Translations under genes and position numbers: made by a program
The notes under the pieces: generated by a model
Databases searched by the model: none
Told to the model about the DNA's origin: nothing
The model's input: the letters and a program-made list of their open reading frames with translations, nothing else
Assembly (NCBI GenBank): GCA_965202665.1
Contig: OZ241841.1
Location: 1,408,001-1,472,000, forward strand
DNA length: 64,000 bases
Source of the DNA: Candidatus Spongiisociaceae bacterium
Lineage (GTDB): Bacteria > Actinomycetota > Acidimicrobiia > Spongiisociales > Spongiisociaceae
Direction: 5' to 3'
Shown: positions 18,490-28,219 of the stretch, one piece after another
How the letters are laid out: each line of letters begins with the position of its first letter
Position numbering within the stretch: the stretch's first letter is position 1

Positions 18490-19737
18490 CTACTCTACCG
18501 GGTTCCCGCCCGGGGCGGTGACTCCCGCCTCCTCCAAGCGGTCCAGTTCCCGTTCGCCCAAGCCCAGCAGTTCGCCCAGCACCGCCCGGGTGTCCGCTCC
18601 CAAAAGCGGTGCGGGGGCGGCGGGCGGGCGGGGGACGCCCGAAAAGTCCAGGGGGGAGGCGGGGGACGGGAATTCCCCCGCGCCGGGTTGGTCCACCATG
18701 CTCCACAGCGGGTTGCGTTGCGGGTCCAGGCGGGGATCTTCCTCCGCCAGTTGGCGGACGGTGCGGTACGCCCCCCAGCACGCCCGGAGCCGGTCCAAGA
18801 CGGGGGCCGCCTCCTCCAAAGTGCGGGCCGCGAACCAGGGGGCGAGCAACTCCGTGATTTTTTCCCGGGCCGCGAAGCGGGCCCCTTCCTCCCGCAAATC
18901 CGTCCCCAGCTCCTCCTGCAGTTTTTCCATCGCCGGGCCGGTTTCGGTGGCCGCAACCAGGGCCGACCACTGCCGGGGGGTGAGGGCGACCACCATCACC
19001 CGCCTCCCGTCGGCGGTGGGAAAATCTTTGCCGTAGGAGCCGAACAGGTAGTTGCCGAAGGCGGGGCGGTCCCGGCCGGCGGCGGTCGCCTCCCCGATTT
19101 GCCCCAGATGGGCCGCTACCGCGAAGGCCGCGTCGGCCAAGGAAAATTCCACCAGCGTCCCCTCCCCGGTGCGCAACCGCCGCCGCTCGGCGGCCAGCAC
19201 CGCGGTCGCCATCATATTGCCCGCGATCACATCCCAGGCGGGCAGCACGTGATTGACCGGCCCGCTTCCGTCGCCGGTGAGGGCCGGGTAGCCGGCGGCG
19301 GCGTTTATGGTGTAATCGACGGCGATGGAGCCGTCCGGATTGCCGGACAGGGCCGCCATTATCAGGTCGGCCCGATCCTGCGCCAAACTCCGGTAGTCCA
19401 GCCAGCGGGGGGACAGGTTGGTGATGAAAATCCCGGCGTCGGCTCCCGGGGCGGTAATCAGGCTGCGGATGAGGCGGCGGCCCTCCTGCGCGGCGGGGTC
19501 GATGGCCACCGACCGCTTCCCCTTGTTCAAGCCCGCCCAGTAGAGGCTGGTCCCGTCGTCGGCGACCGGCCAGCGCCGGAAATCCAAACCTCCCCCCGGC
19601 GGGTCGATTCGGATCACCTCCGCCCCCAGTTGGGCCAAGGTCATTCCCCCCAGCGGGGCGGCCACGAAGGCCGAAATTTCCACCACCCGCATTCCGTCCA
19701 AGATGCCCGGTTTTCCCTGCGCCGCCATCGTTCCCAT
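18490..19737 (-). CDS. Family III CoA transferase, mesaconyl-CoA isomerase (Mct)-like
   Basis: 'SAFVAAPLGGMTLAQLGAEVIR.DP.GGGLD..RWP', 'LYWAGLNKGKRS', 'AVDYT.N', 'PVNHVLPAWD'. Confidence 0.8.
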   Translation of the reverse strand: MGTMAAQGKPGILDGMRVVEISAFVAAPLGGMTLAQLGAEVIRIDPPGGGLDFRRWPVADDGTSLYWAGLNKGKRSVAIDPAAQEGRRLIRSLITAPGADAGIFITNLSPRWLDYRSLAQDRADLIMAALSGNPDGSIAVDYTINAAAGYPALTGDGSGPVNHVLPAWDVIAGNMMATAVLAAERRRLRTGEGTLVEFSLADAAFAVAAHLGQIGEATAAGRDRPAFGNYLFGSYGKDFPTADGRRVMVVALTPRQWSALVAATETGPAMEKLQEELGTDLREEGARFAAREKITELLAPWFAARTLEEAAPVLDRLRACWGAYRTVRQLAEEDPRLDPQRNPLWSMVDQPGAGEFPSPASPLDFSGVPRPPAAPAPLLGADTRAVLGELLGLGERELDRLEEAGVTAPGGNPVE

Positions 19738-19784
19738 ATTACGCCCGGCGCTCCGGCTACCCTGCAAGACGGAGAGGAGGACGC

Positions 19785-20156
19785 ATGCCCGAGATTCTGA
19801 GCGAAGGCAGGTTCGACCCGGCCGAGTTCGCCGCCGAGTTGGCGGCCGCCCCCGCCAACCATCACATCGGCAGCCGCCTGATTTTTGAAAATGAACGGGT
19901 TCGGGTGTGGGAAGTGCGGCTCCAACCGGGGGAAAGAGTGTCTTTTCACATCCACGACCAGCCCTATTTTTGGACGGTGGCGGACGCCGGCGTGGGCCGG
20001 CAACGGACCGCCGACGGCGAATACGTCGTGCGCCGCTACGAGACGGGGGACACCTGGTTCGGGGATTTTTCCCCGGCGGCGGCCATGATTCACGACTTTG
20101 AAAACTTCGGCGAGGGGGAGATGAGGTTCATAACCGTTGAGTTGCCCGACCGATAG
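19785..20156 (+). CDS. Cupin-domain protein
   Basis: 'FENERVRVWEVRL.PGE...FH.H..PY', 'IHDFEN.G...RFI.VE'; RBS GGAGG. Confidence 0.85.
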   Translation: MPEILSEGRFDPAEFAAELAAAPANHHIGSRLIFENERVRVWEVRLQPGERVSFHIHDQPYFWTVADAGVGRQRTADGEYVVRRYETGDTWFGDFSPAAAMIHDFENFGEGEMRFITVELPDR

Positions 20157-20177
20157 CGAACCGCGGGACGGGCGGCG

Positions 20178-21746
20178 GTGAGCGGCCGCGCCGCGGCGGA
20201 GGCGATGAGGGGGCTGGCCGAGGCGGGAACCGAATTGCTCACCGGGATGCCCGGGGGCGACAACCTGCCCAAAATCAAGGCGGGGCGGGAATTGGGGATG
20301 CGCTACGTCCTCGCCCACGGGGAAACGGCGGCCTGCATCATGGGGGCCGCCTACGGCCGGTTGGCCGAGTCGACGGCGGCGGCCCTGGTCACCCTGGGTC
20401 CGGGGGCGGCTTCGGCGGTCAACGGCCTGGCCTGCGCCACCCTGGACCGGCTTCCGCTGGTTCTGATCAGCGAAACGATTCCGTCTTCCCGCCGGGCCTG
20501 GGCCGCCCACCAGCGTTTGGACCAGATCGCCCTCACCCGTCCGGTAGCCAAATGGAGCGGGACCGTCGGCGCCGAACATCACGCCGACACCGCCGGGGCG
20601 GCCGCCCGTCTGGCCCGGTCCGGTCCGATGGGGGCCGTCCATCTCGATTTCGACCCGTCCCAGCCCGGCGATCCCCCGCCTCCCCTCCCGCCCCCGGCCA
20701 TCCCCGACCCGGACCGGATGGCGGCCGCCCGCCGTTTGGCGGCCGGGGCGTCCCGTCCGGTGTTCCTGGTGGGGGCGGAGGCCGTTCCCTGGGCGGGGAG
20801 GGTGCGGTCGGCGGTGGAAAGCCTGGGGGCTCCGGCTTTGGTTTCCTACCAGGCCAAAGGGGTGATACCCGACCATTCCCCCAGTTACGGGGGCGTGTTC
20901 ACCAACTCTTCCATAGAACGGCCGCTGGTGGAATCCGCCGACCTGATTGCGGTCGTAGGGCTGGACGCGGTGGAGCCGCTGCCCCGCCCCTGGCCTTATC
21001 AAGCCCCGGCGTTGCGGTTGCATCCTTGGCCGGCCGCCGACCGGTTTTTCCCGGCGGAGGCGGAAGTGACCGGGCCGCTGGACGCGGTGTTGGACGGGTT
21101 GGAAGGGTCGTGGCGCAACCAGCGGCCGCCCGCCGCCGGCCGGGAACACAACCTGCGGGCGCTGGAGGCGCTGCGGGCGGACGGGCCGGGATTCACCCCC
21201 GGTCAGTTGCTGGAGGCGGTGTTGGAGGCGGGGCCGGACGACCCGTTGCTGACGGTGGACGCCGGGGCTCATTTTCTGGTGGTGATGCCGTCCGCCCCCG
21301 CCCGCCGCCCGCTGGACATCCTGATTTCCAACGGGTTGGCCACCATGGGCTTCGCCCTGCCGGCCGCGCTGGGGGCGGCCCTGGCCCGTCCCGGACGGCC
21401 GGTGATGGCCATGACCGGGGACGGCGGGATGGGGATGACTTTGGCCGAATTGGAAACCCTGGCCCGCCTGCGCCTGGACGTGACGGTGGTGGTGTGGAAC
21501 GATTCCGCCCTCAGCCTGATCGGGTTGAAAGGGGACGGGTTGGAAGACCGAGACTCCCCGATTCATTATCAGCCGATTGATTTCGCGGCCGCCGCCCGCG
21601 CCTTGGGAATACCCGCATATACGGCGGTCAACGGTGAAGAGGCGCGCCGGGCCTTGTCCGCCCCGCCCCGCCGGGGGCCGCGCCTCATCGACGCCCGCAT
21701 CCATCCCGGCTCCTACCCCCGCATCATCCAAACCCTGCGCGGTTAG
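20178..21746 (+). CDS. Thiamine-pyrophosphate-binding enzyme (acetolactate synthase-like)
   Basis: 'HGETAA..M..AYGR', 'TLGPGA', 'GLATMGFALPAALG', 'GDGG...WND' TPP motif. Confidence 0.9.
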   Translation: MSGRAAAEAMRGLAEAGTELLTGMPGGDNLPKIKAGRELGMRYVLAHGETAACIMGAAYGRLAESTAAALVTLGPGAASAVNGLACATLDRLPLVLISETIPSSRRAWAAHQRLDQIALTRPVAKWSGTVGAEHHADTAGAAARLARSGPMGAVHLDFDPSQPGDPPPPLPPPAIPDPDRMAAARRLAAGASRPVFLVGAEAVPWAGRVRSAVESLGAPALVSYQAKGVIPDHSPSYGGVFTNSSIERPLVESADLIAVVGLDAVEPLPRPWPYQAPALRLHPWPAADRFFPAEAEVTGPLDAVLDGLEGSWRNQRPPAAGREHNLRALEALRADGPGFTPGQLLEAVLEAGPDDPLLTVDAGAHFLVVMPSAPARRPLDILISNGLATMGFALPAALGAALARPGRPVMAMTGDGGMGMTLAELETLARLRLDVTVVVWNDSALSLIGLKGDGLEDRDSPIHYQPIDFAAAARALGIPAYTAVNGEEARRALSAPPRRGPRLIDARIHPGSYPRIIQTLRG

Positions 21747-21822
21747 CGCCGCTCAGCTGGGAACGCGGACCGCGGCCGAACCTTCATTCATATTCGCCGG
21801 ATGCCCTGCGGCGGGGGGATGG

Positions 21823-23262
21823 TCAGTTCCACAGGGCGGTCAGCAGGTCCAGGCAACCGTTTACCAGGATGGCTTCCGACTCGGGGGCCACCTGCTCCAC
21901 CAGGCCGTAGGAATGGTGGGCGTAGTCGCATTCGTAGCCCCCGTACGGATACTCGTCGGCGGTGGGCAGATAGGACAGCACCCCGTTGGCGTAACCGGCG
22001 AACAGGGTGGTCTCCGCCGGGGAACGGCTTTTGATTTGCCGGGCGATGCCGCTGAACACCTCTCCGGGAACGGCGGCGACGCCGATGTCGCCGATGCGGA
22101 AAGCCTGAATGAAGGCGGGGACCGCCGGGGCGTCCCATCCGTCCCGCAACTGGCGCAAAGCCTCCTCCGCCCAGTTCACGTGATATTCCAGCGGGTTGAG
22201 CCGCTCCCTTCCCAACCCGGCCTCCTCCGCCTCCGCCAAAGCCGCCCGGTAGCCGTCCAGTTCACCTTCCACTTCGGCGACGGTGGGGATTTTCTTCAAC
22301 GGCAGCATCACTTCCCGTCCGGCGGCGGCCAGCTGCTGAGGGGGCGGGTGGGGCGTCCGGCGCCGCCGGTAGAGGGAAATGGGCGTCACCGACCCGTAGC
22401 CCGCTTTCTCAACCGTGGTGGGATGGGTTTCGATGTCGGCCGCGGTGTGGACGGCCTCCAGCGCCAGCCGCTCCCCGAAGGCGTCTTCCGGGCCGGGATG
22501 GTCGAAAAAACCTTCCAGGGGCAGCACATCGCCCCCCGCTCCCTGCAGAAACAGGGCCACGGCGCCGGAATCTTGGTAGAAATCTTCCATCGCGTCCCGC
22601 ATCGGGCCGGGGAAGTCGGCGTTTACCGCCGGGTCTTCGGGGCCGACCACCACCGGATGGCAGGCGAAGTTGACCGCCACCGCCAACGGGGTCCCGTCCG
22701 GGCGGTCCAGCCGCAACACCCCCACTTCCCGGTCCCAGTCCTTGTCCGGGTTCCAGCCCAGGATGGTGCGCCCGTCCGCCGCCCGCTCCCGGCGGTTCAC
22801 CCCCAGCTCCAGCCAACCCGACCCGGCCCCGGCTCGCGCCGGTTCCAAACGCCCCGCCGCCTCCGCCGCCGCCGCGACGATCCGCTCCGGCAGAGAATCG
22901 ATGAAATCCAACTCGTTGGCGGACAAGCCCCGTTGGTCGCCTCCGATTTTCACCCCGCCCCGGTGCGACTGCGGGCCGCCGTGTGTGTGGCTGACGTTCA
23001 GCATCACGCATTCCGGCCCGGTTCCGATCGCCTCCGCCGTCTTCTTCCGCAGTTGGTCGGCCTGCGCCGGGCGCAAAGCCAAAATGTCCAAGGCGATGAT
23101 CGCCAGACGGGTGCGTCCGTCGTCCAAAACCAGGGCCCCCGCCGTCAGCCGATGGCGCACCCCGTCGGCCGGGTCGCACCGCCGGGAATAGCCGACCAGG
23201 TCGATCGGCGTGCGGGGGGTGATGTCCAAGCGGGCCGCTCCCGCCTGCAACTGTTCGGCCAT
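21823..23262 (-). CDS. Neutral/alkaline ceramidase-like hydrolase
   Basis: 'DITP', 'SHTHGGP', 'NFACHP', 'ADFPG', 'FLQGAGGD', 'PGEVF', 'GYANG...YLP....Y..GGYE'. Confidence 0.85.
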   Translation of the reverse strand: MAEQLQAGAARLDITPRTPIDLVGYSRRCDPADGVRHRLTAGALVLDDGRTRLAIIALDILALRPAQADQLRKKTAEAIGTGPECVMLNVSHTHGGPQSHRGGVKIGGDQRGLSANELDFIDSLPERIVAAAAEAAGRLEPARAGAGSGWLELGVNRRERAADGRTILGWNPDKDWDREVGVLRLDRPDGTPLAVAVNFACHPVVVGPEDPAVNADFPGPMRDAMEDFYQDSGAVALFLQGAGGDVLPLEGFFDHPGPEDAFGERLALEAVHTAADIETHPTTVEKAGYGSVTPISLYRRRRTPHPPPQQLAAAGREVMLPLKKIPTVAEVEGELDGYRAALAEAEEAGLGRERLNPLEYHVNWAEEALRQLRDGWDAPAVPAFIQAFRIGDIGVAAVPGEVFSGIARQIKSRSPAETTLFAGYANGVLSYLPTADEYPYGGYECDYAHHSYGLVEQVAPESEAILVNGCLDLLTALWN

Positions 23263-23335
23263 GTCCGTCGTCCTTTCCCGCGCGTCCCGTTCGTCCGCCG
23301 GTCATTATGGCAAACCCTCGCCCGGCCCGCCCTTT

Positions 23336-23372
23336 TTGCATATATATTCACCATCAAGTATAATAATGCATC
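23336..23372 (+). promoter_or_regulatory. argC promoter with tandem ARG boxes; probably leaderless mRNA
   Basis: TGCATATATATTCA 23337-23350 and AGTATAATAATGCA 23357-23370 (20-bp offset); TTGCAT-17bp-TATAAT (23359-23364); ATG at 23373. Confidence 0.85.
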
Positions 23373-24392
23373 ATGAGCATCGCCGTCGCCGTCTTGGGCG
23401 CCTCCGGTTACGCCGGGGGGGAACTGGTTCGCCTGCTGGACGCCCATCCCCGTTTCGAAGTGGTCCATTTGGGGGCGCACGCCCGCGCCGGGGAGCGGCT
23501 GGCGGACGTCCAACCCCACCTGCCGGGCGGGGAGCGGACGCTGGGCGGAATAGCGGCGGAAAGCCTGCCCGGCCTGCGGGCCGCTTTCCTGGCCCTGCCG
23601 CACGGCCGGTCCTGGAAGATCGGACTGCAGCTGGCCGAGGCGGGGATCGCCGTGTTCGACCTGGGAAGCGACTTTCGAATGGACCACCCCCAACGTTACC
23701 GGCGGGCCTACGGGGAGCCGCATCCGGCGCCCGCCGAGTTGGGGGAATGGATATACGGACTGCCGGAGTTGTTCGGCGGGGATTTGCCGGGGGCGTCCCG
23801 GGTGGCGGTCCCGGGCTGTTATCCGACCGGGGCTTTGCTGGCTTTGGCGCCGCTGGCCGCGGCCGGGGCCATCGCCGGCCCCATCGTGGTGGACGCCATG
23901 TCCGGGGCGACCGGGGCGGGGCGGGCCGTCCGGGCCGACCTGGCTTTCGGAGCGGTGGCGGAAGGGGTGAAAGCCTACGGGGTGGCCTCCCACCGCCATC
24001 GGCCCGAAATAGAAATGGGGTTGGAAAAAGCCGCCGCCGGAGCTCCCAAAGTGCAGTTCACCCCCCATTTGGTTCCCATGCAACGGGGGTTGCTTTCCAC
24101 CTGCTCGGCCGCGCTCACCGGAGATGGGGATGCGCAGCGGATTCTGTCCGAGGCCTACGCCGACTGCCCGTTTGCGGAAGTCATCGACCGCCAGCCGGAA
24201 ACCCGGTGGGTGGTCGGTTCCAATCGGGCCCTGATCCGCGCCGTCCCGGATGAGGACTGCGGGCGGGTGATAGTGACTTCGGCCATCGACAACCTGGTCA
24301 AAGGAGCGGCCGGGCAGGCCGTGCAGTGCGCCAACCTGGCTTTCGGCCTCCCCGAAACCGCCGGGCTGACCGCCGCCGGGTGGCTGCCGTGA
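23373..24392 (+). CDS. argC: N-acetyl-gamma-glutamyl-phosphate reductase
   Basis: 'GASGYAGGEL', 'LALPHG', 'YGLPE', 'PGCYPT', 'HRH.PEI', 'IDNLVKGAAGQAVQ'. Confidence 0.96.
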   Translation: MSIAVAVLGASGYAGGELVRLLDAHPRFEVVHLGAHARAGERLADVQPHLPGGERTLGGIAAESLPGLRAAFLALPHGRSWKIGLQLAEAGIAVFDLGSDFRMDHPQRYRRAYGEPHPAPAELGEWIYGLPELFGGDLPGASRVAVPGCYPTGALLALAPLAAAGAIAGPIVVDAMSGATGAGRAVRADLAFGAVAEGVKAYGVASHRHRPEIEMGLEKAAAGAPKVQFTPHLVPMQRGLLSTCSAALTGDGDAQRILSEAYADCPFAEVIDRQPETRWVVGSNRALIRAVPDEDCGRVIVTSAIDNLVKGAAGQAVQCANLAFGLPETAGLTAAGWLP

Positions 24393-25546
24393 GCGTGGTC
24401 GCCGCCCGCGGTTTCACCGCCGCCGGTTTGCACTGCGGGGTGAAAGCGGACGGAGTCCCCGATTTGGCCTTGGTGAAATGCGATGTCCCGGCGGCGGCGG
24501 CGGCCGTGTTCACCACCTCCTCCACCGCCTCCCCGGTGGTGGAAATGGGAAGGCGGGCCGTCGCCGACGGGACCCTGCGGGCGGTGGCGGCGGTGTCCGG
24601 ATGCGCCAACGCCGGGGTGGGCCGGCCGGGACGGGAAGCCGCCGAACGGGTGGCGGAGGAGGCCGCCCGGCTGTTGGGCGCGGGCCCGGAGGATGTTTTG
24701 CTGTCCGCCACCGGCCCCATCGGAACGTTGCTGCCCGACGACTTGGTGCGGGCCGGTTTGGAACGGGCCGTTCCCCGGTTGAGCGGCGACCCGGCGGGCG
24801 GGGACGCGGCGGCGGCCGCCATCCTCACCACCGACGCCCGGGCCAAGCAAATCCGGCGGCGGGGGGGAGGATACCAGTTGGGGGGCATGGCCAAAGGGGC
24901 GGGGATGGTGCGGCCCGACATGGCCACCATGCTGGCCTATCTGACCACCGACGCCCAAGTCCCCGCCGGGCAGCTCCGGGAGGCCTTGGCGGAGGCGGTG
25001 GAAGTTTCTTTCAACAGCCTCAACATCGACGGCTGTCAATCCACCAACGACACGGTTGCGGTTTTGGCCTCCGGGCTTTCCGGCGTAAAACCCCGCCCGG
25101 ACGAATTCGCCGCCCTGCTGGCCGACGCCTGCCAAGACCTGGCCCGGCAGATGGCCGACGACGCGGAAGGGGCCACCCGGGCGGTGACGCTCAAAGTAGC
25201 CGGGGCGGCCGATGACGGCGAAGCCCGGCGCATCGGGCGCATCGTGGCCGACTCGGCCCTGGTGCGCACCTCTTTCTACGGCGGCGACCCCAACTGGGGG
25301 AGGTTGCTGGCGGCGGCCGGCGTCGCCGGTTGCGACATAAGCCCCGACCAGGTTTCCATCTCCTACGCCGGGGTGGAAACGGCCCGCAACGGCGTCGCCG
25401 TTCCCTACGACGAGGAAGATCTGTTCCGCAAACTGGAAGGGGATTTCACGGTGGAGATGACGGTGGGGGACGGGCCGGGCCGGGCGGTAATCCTCACCAA
25501 CGACCTAACCCCCGAATACGCCGTTTTCAACGGGGAACGCAGCTGA
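24389..25546 (+). CDS. argJ: Ornithine acetyltransferase/N-acetylglutamate synthase
   Basis: 'AILTTD', 'GMAKGAGM..PDMATML', 'DG..STND', 'EGAT', 'DPNWGR'; GTG overlaps argC stop. Confidence 0.95.
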   Translation: MSVVAARGFTAAGLHCGVKADGVPDLALVKCDVPAAAAAVFTTSSTASPVVEMGRRAVADGTLRAVAAVSGCANAGVGRPGREAAERVAEEAARLLGAGPEDVLLSATGPIGTLLPDDLVRAGLERAVPRLSGDPAGGDAAAAAILTTDARAKQIRRRGGGYQLGGMAKGAGMVRPDMATMLAYLTTDAQVPAGQLREALAEAVEVSFNSLNIDGCQSTNDTVAVLASGLSGVKPRPDEFAALLADACQDLARQMADDAEGATRAVTLKVAGAADDGEARRIGRIVADSALVRTSFYGGDPNWGRLLAAAGVAGCDISPDQVSISYAGVETARNGVAVPYDEEDLFRKLEGDFTVEMTVGDGPGRAVILTNDLTPEYAVFNGERS

Positions 25547-26457
25547 TGTCCGTCGGACGCGGAGCCCCCACCGCGGAGCGGGTGCAGATCGCCTCCACCA
25601 TGGCCAAAGCCAAAGTGTTCCGGGAGGCCCTGCCCTACATCCGGGAGTTCCGGGGGCGGACGGTGGTGGTCAAATACGGCGGGTCGGCCATGACCGACCC
25701 GGAACTGCGGGCCGGGTTCGCCGGGGACATCGCCCTGCTGAAACTGGTGGGAATAAACCCGGTGGTGGTGCACGGGGGCGGCCCGGCCATCGACCGGGGA
25801 ATGAAAGAGGCCGGCTTGCGTCCGAAATGGGTGGACGGGTTGCGGGTCACCGACCGGGAGACGCTGCGGGTGGTGCGGCGGGCGCTGGCTGAAGAAATCA
25901 ACCCGGGCATCGTGCGGCTCCTGTCCGAACACGGGGTGGCCGGGGCGGGCATGAGCGGAATGGACAGCGGCCTGTTCACCGCCCGGCCCCGCGACCCGGC
26001 TTTGGGATTCGTCGGGGAGGTGGCCGAGGTGCGGCCGGAGGCGCTGAGACGCTACAACGGCTCCCCTCCGCAGGCGGTGGTGCCGGTGGTGGCCCCCCTC
26101 GCCCAAGGGGAAGACGGTTGCGTTTACAACCTGAACGCCGACACCGTGGCCGGGGCTTTGGCGGGCGGACTGGGGGCCCGCAAACTGGTTTACCTGACCG
26201 ATGTGGAAGGCCTCTACCGGGATTTGGGCGACCGGGACACGCTCATAACCCGCCTCAGCTTGGCCGAATTGCGCCGCCTGCTGGACGGCGGGGGCGTCTC
26301 CCGGGGCATGCTCCCCAAACTGGCTTCCTGCGTGCGGGCCTTGGAGCAGGGCGTTCCCCAAGCCCACATCCTGGACGGGCGCATCCAGCATGCGTTGCTG
26401 TTGGAAGTGTTCACCCCGGAGGGAATCGGAACGATGATCACGGAGAAAGGCGAATAA
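25546..26457 (+). CDS. argB: Acetylglutamate kinase
   Basis: 'EALPYI', 'VVKYGGSAM', 'VHGGGP', 'GLRVTD', 'NLNAD', 'LTDV.G', 'GM.PK', 'HILDGR'. Confidence 0.96.
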   Translation: MSVGRGAPTAERVQIASTMAKAKVFREALPYIREFRGRTVVVKYGGSAMTDPELRAGFAGDIALLKLVGINPVVVHGGGPAIDRGMKEAGLRPKWVDGLRVTDRETLRVVRRALAEEINPGIVRLLSEHGVAGAGMSGMDSGLFTARPRDPALGFVGEVAEVRPEALRRYNGSPPQAVVPVVAPLAQGEDGCVYNLNADTVAGALAGGLGARKLVYLTDVEGLYRDLGDRDTLITRLSLAELRRLLDGGGVSRGMLPKLASCVRALEQGVPQAHILDGRIQHALLLEVFTPEGIGTMITEKGE

Positions 26458-27633
26458 ATGGATATAGCGCAACGGGAAGCGGCCGTCACCATGCAAACCT
26501 ACCGGCGGGCGCCGGTCACTTTCACCCGCGGCGACGGTTGCCTGCTTTACGATTCGGACGGCGGGGAGTACCTGGACTGCCTGTCCGGGATAGCGGTGGC
26601 GTCGGTGGGCCACGCCAACCCGGCGGTGGCGGCCGCGGTGGCCCGGCAGATGACCAAACTGGTGCACGTCTCCAACCTCTACTACACGGTCCCGCAAGTG
26701 GAACTGGCGGAGCGGCTGACCGAACTGTCCGGCCTGGACCGGCTCTTCTACTCCAACGACGGGGCCACCGCCAACGAAACCGCCATCAAACTGGCCCGGC
26801 GCTGGGGGCAGTCCCGGCGCGGCCCGGACTGCCATCAGATCGTGTCGCTGTTGGATTCTTTCCACGGCCGCACCCTGGCCGCCCTGGCCGCCACCGGCCA
26901 GCCCGCCAAACAGGCGGTGTTCCAGCCGCTCCCGCCCGGCTTCATCCAAGTCCCGGCGGGCGATTTGGACGGTTTGCGCGGGGCGGTGGGGGAGCGGACG
27001 GCGGCGGTGATGCTGGAAACCATCCTGGGGGAGGGGGGCGTTCTTCCCCTGGACGGGGATTATCTGCGGGCGGTGCGGGAGATATGCGACGAGCGGGATG
27101 TTTTGCTGATCGTGGACGATGTGCAGGCCGGGATGGGGCGCACCGGCCACTGGTTTTCCTGGCAGCCGTTCGGTTTTCAGCCCGACATCGCCACCTTGGC
27201 CAAAGCCCTGGGCGGGGGGTTGCCCATCGGAGCGTGCCTGTCCACCGACCGGGCGGCGGCTTTCGACTACGGGGACCACGGCAGCACCTTCGGCGGCGGG
27301 CCGGCGGTGGCCGCCGCCGCCCTGGCCGTCATCGGCGAAATAGAGCAACGGGGGCTGTTGGCCAACTGCCGGGAGCGGGGGGAGCAGTTGCGGGAAGGCT
27401 TGGCCGCCCTGCCGGGGGTGGCCGGAGTGCGGGGATGGGGACTGTTGCTGGCCGCGGAGTTGGAGCGGGAGAATGCGGCCGAGGTGAACGAAGCGGCCTT
27501 GGCCCGCCGCCTTTTGACCAACAACGTGACCCCCAACGCCATCCGGTTCGCCCCTCCGCTGATCATCACCGCCGAACAGGCGGAGCTGGCCCTGTCCCGA
27601 TTCGCGTCCGCCCTGGAAGCGGCGGGCGGCTGA
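26458..27633 (+). CDS. argD: Acetylornithine aminotransferase
   Basis: 'YLD.LSGIAV..VGH', 'HVSNLY', 'SFHGRT', 'GEGGV', 'DDVQ.GMGRTG', 'LAKALGGG', 'HGSTFGG'. Confidence 0.95.
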   Translation: MDIAQREAAVTMQTYRRAPVTFTRGDGCLLYDSDGGEYLDCLSGIAVASVGHANPAVAAAVARQMTKLVHVSNLYYTVPQVELAERLTELSGLDRLFYSNDGATANETAIKLARRWGQSRRGPDCHQIVSLLDSFHGRTLAALAATGQPAKQAVFQPLPPGFIQVPAGDLDGLRGAVGERTAAVMLETILGEGGVLPLDGDYLRAVREICDERDVLLIVDDVQAGMGRTGHWFSWQPFGFQPDIATLAKALGGGLPIGACLSTDRAAAFDYGDHGSTFGGGPAVAAAALAVIGEIEQRGLLANCRERGEQLREGLAALPGVAGVRGWGLLLAAELERENAAEVNEAALARRLLTNNVTPNAIRFAPPLIITAEQAELALSRFASALEAAGG

Positions 27634-27739
27634 AGCCCGGCGCGGAACAAGGGAAAGGGTTTGGCCCGCCCCCGGGTTGGGACCTCCCCGGCGGTGATTT
27701 CATCTCACGTTTCGGCGGGTTCGTCCGTTAATTAGGCGT

Positions 27740-28219
27740 ATGGGACTGCCTCCTTTTCAGCGGCTGATCGACGAACACGTCCCCGGCCTGCGCCGGTTCC
27801 TGACCGGGATGGTGGGTTGGGACGGGTCCGATGACTGCCTGCAGGAAACTTTGCTGGCCGCGCTGGCCGCCTATCCCGGTTTGCGGCACGGCGGCAACTT
27901 GCGGGGATGGCTGTTCGCCATCGCCCGGCGCAAAGCCGCGGACCATCTGCGGAGGCGGGCGCGGGACGGCCGTCCGCCTCCCCTCCCGGCGGGGGCGGAT
28001 GAGCGGGCGGCGGCGGAATCCCCGGACTGGGAGCTGTGGGCCCTGGTGGCCCGCCTGCCTGAGAAACAGCGCACGGCCGTAACTTTGCGTTTTCTGGCCG
28101 ACCTTCCCTATGCGGAAGTGGCGGAGGCGGCGGGAACCAGCGAGGCGGCCGCCCGTCAGAACGTGCGGGCCGGGTTGGCCGCTTTGCGCAAAAAGATGCC
28201 AAAGAAGGAGCAGACATGA
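27740..28219 (+). CDS. ECF-type RNA polymerase sigma factor
   Basis: Region 2 'DDCLQET...GWLFAIA.RK..DHLR'; region 4 'LPEKQR.AV.LR...L.YAEVA...G.S..AAR'. Confidence 0.88.
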   Translation: MGLPPFQRLIDEHVPGLRRFLTGMVGWDGSDDCLQETLLAALAAYPGLRHGGNLRGWLFAIARRKAADHLRRRARDGRPPPLPAGADERAAAESPDWELWALVARLPEKQRTAVTLRFLADLPYAEVAEAAGTSEAAARQNVRAGLAALRKKMPKKEQT

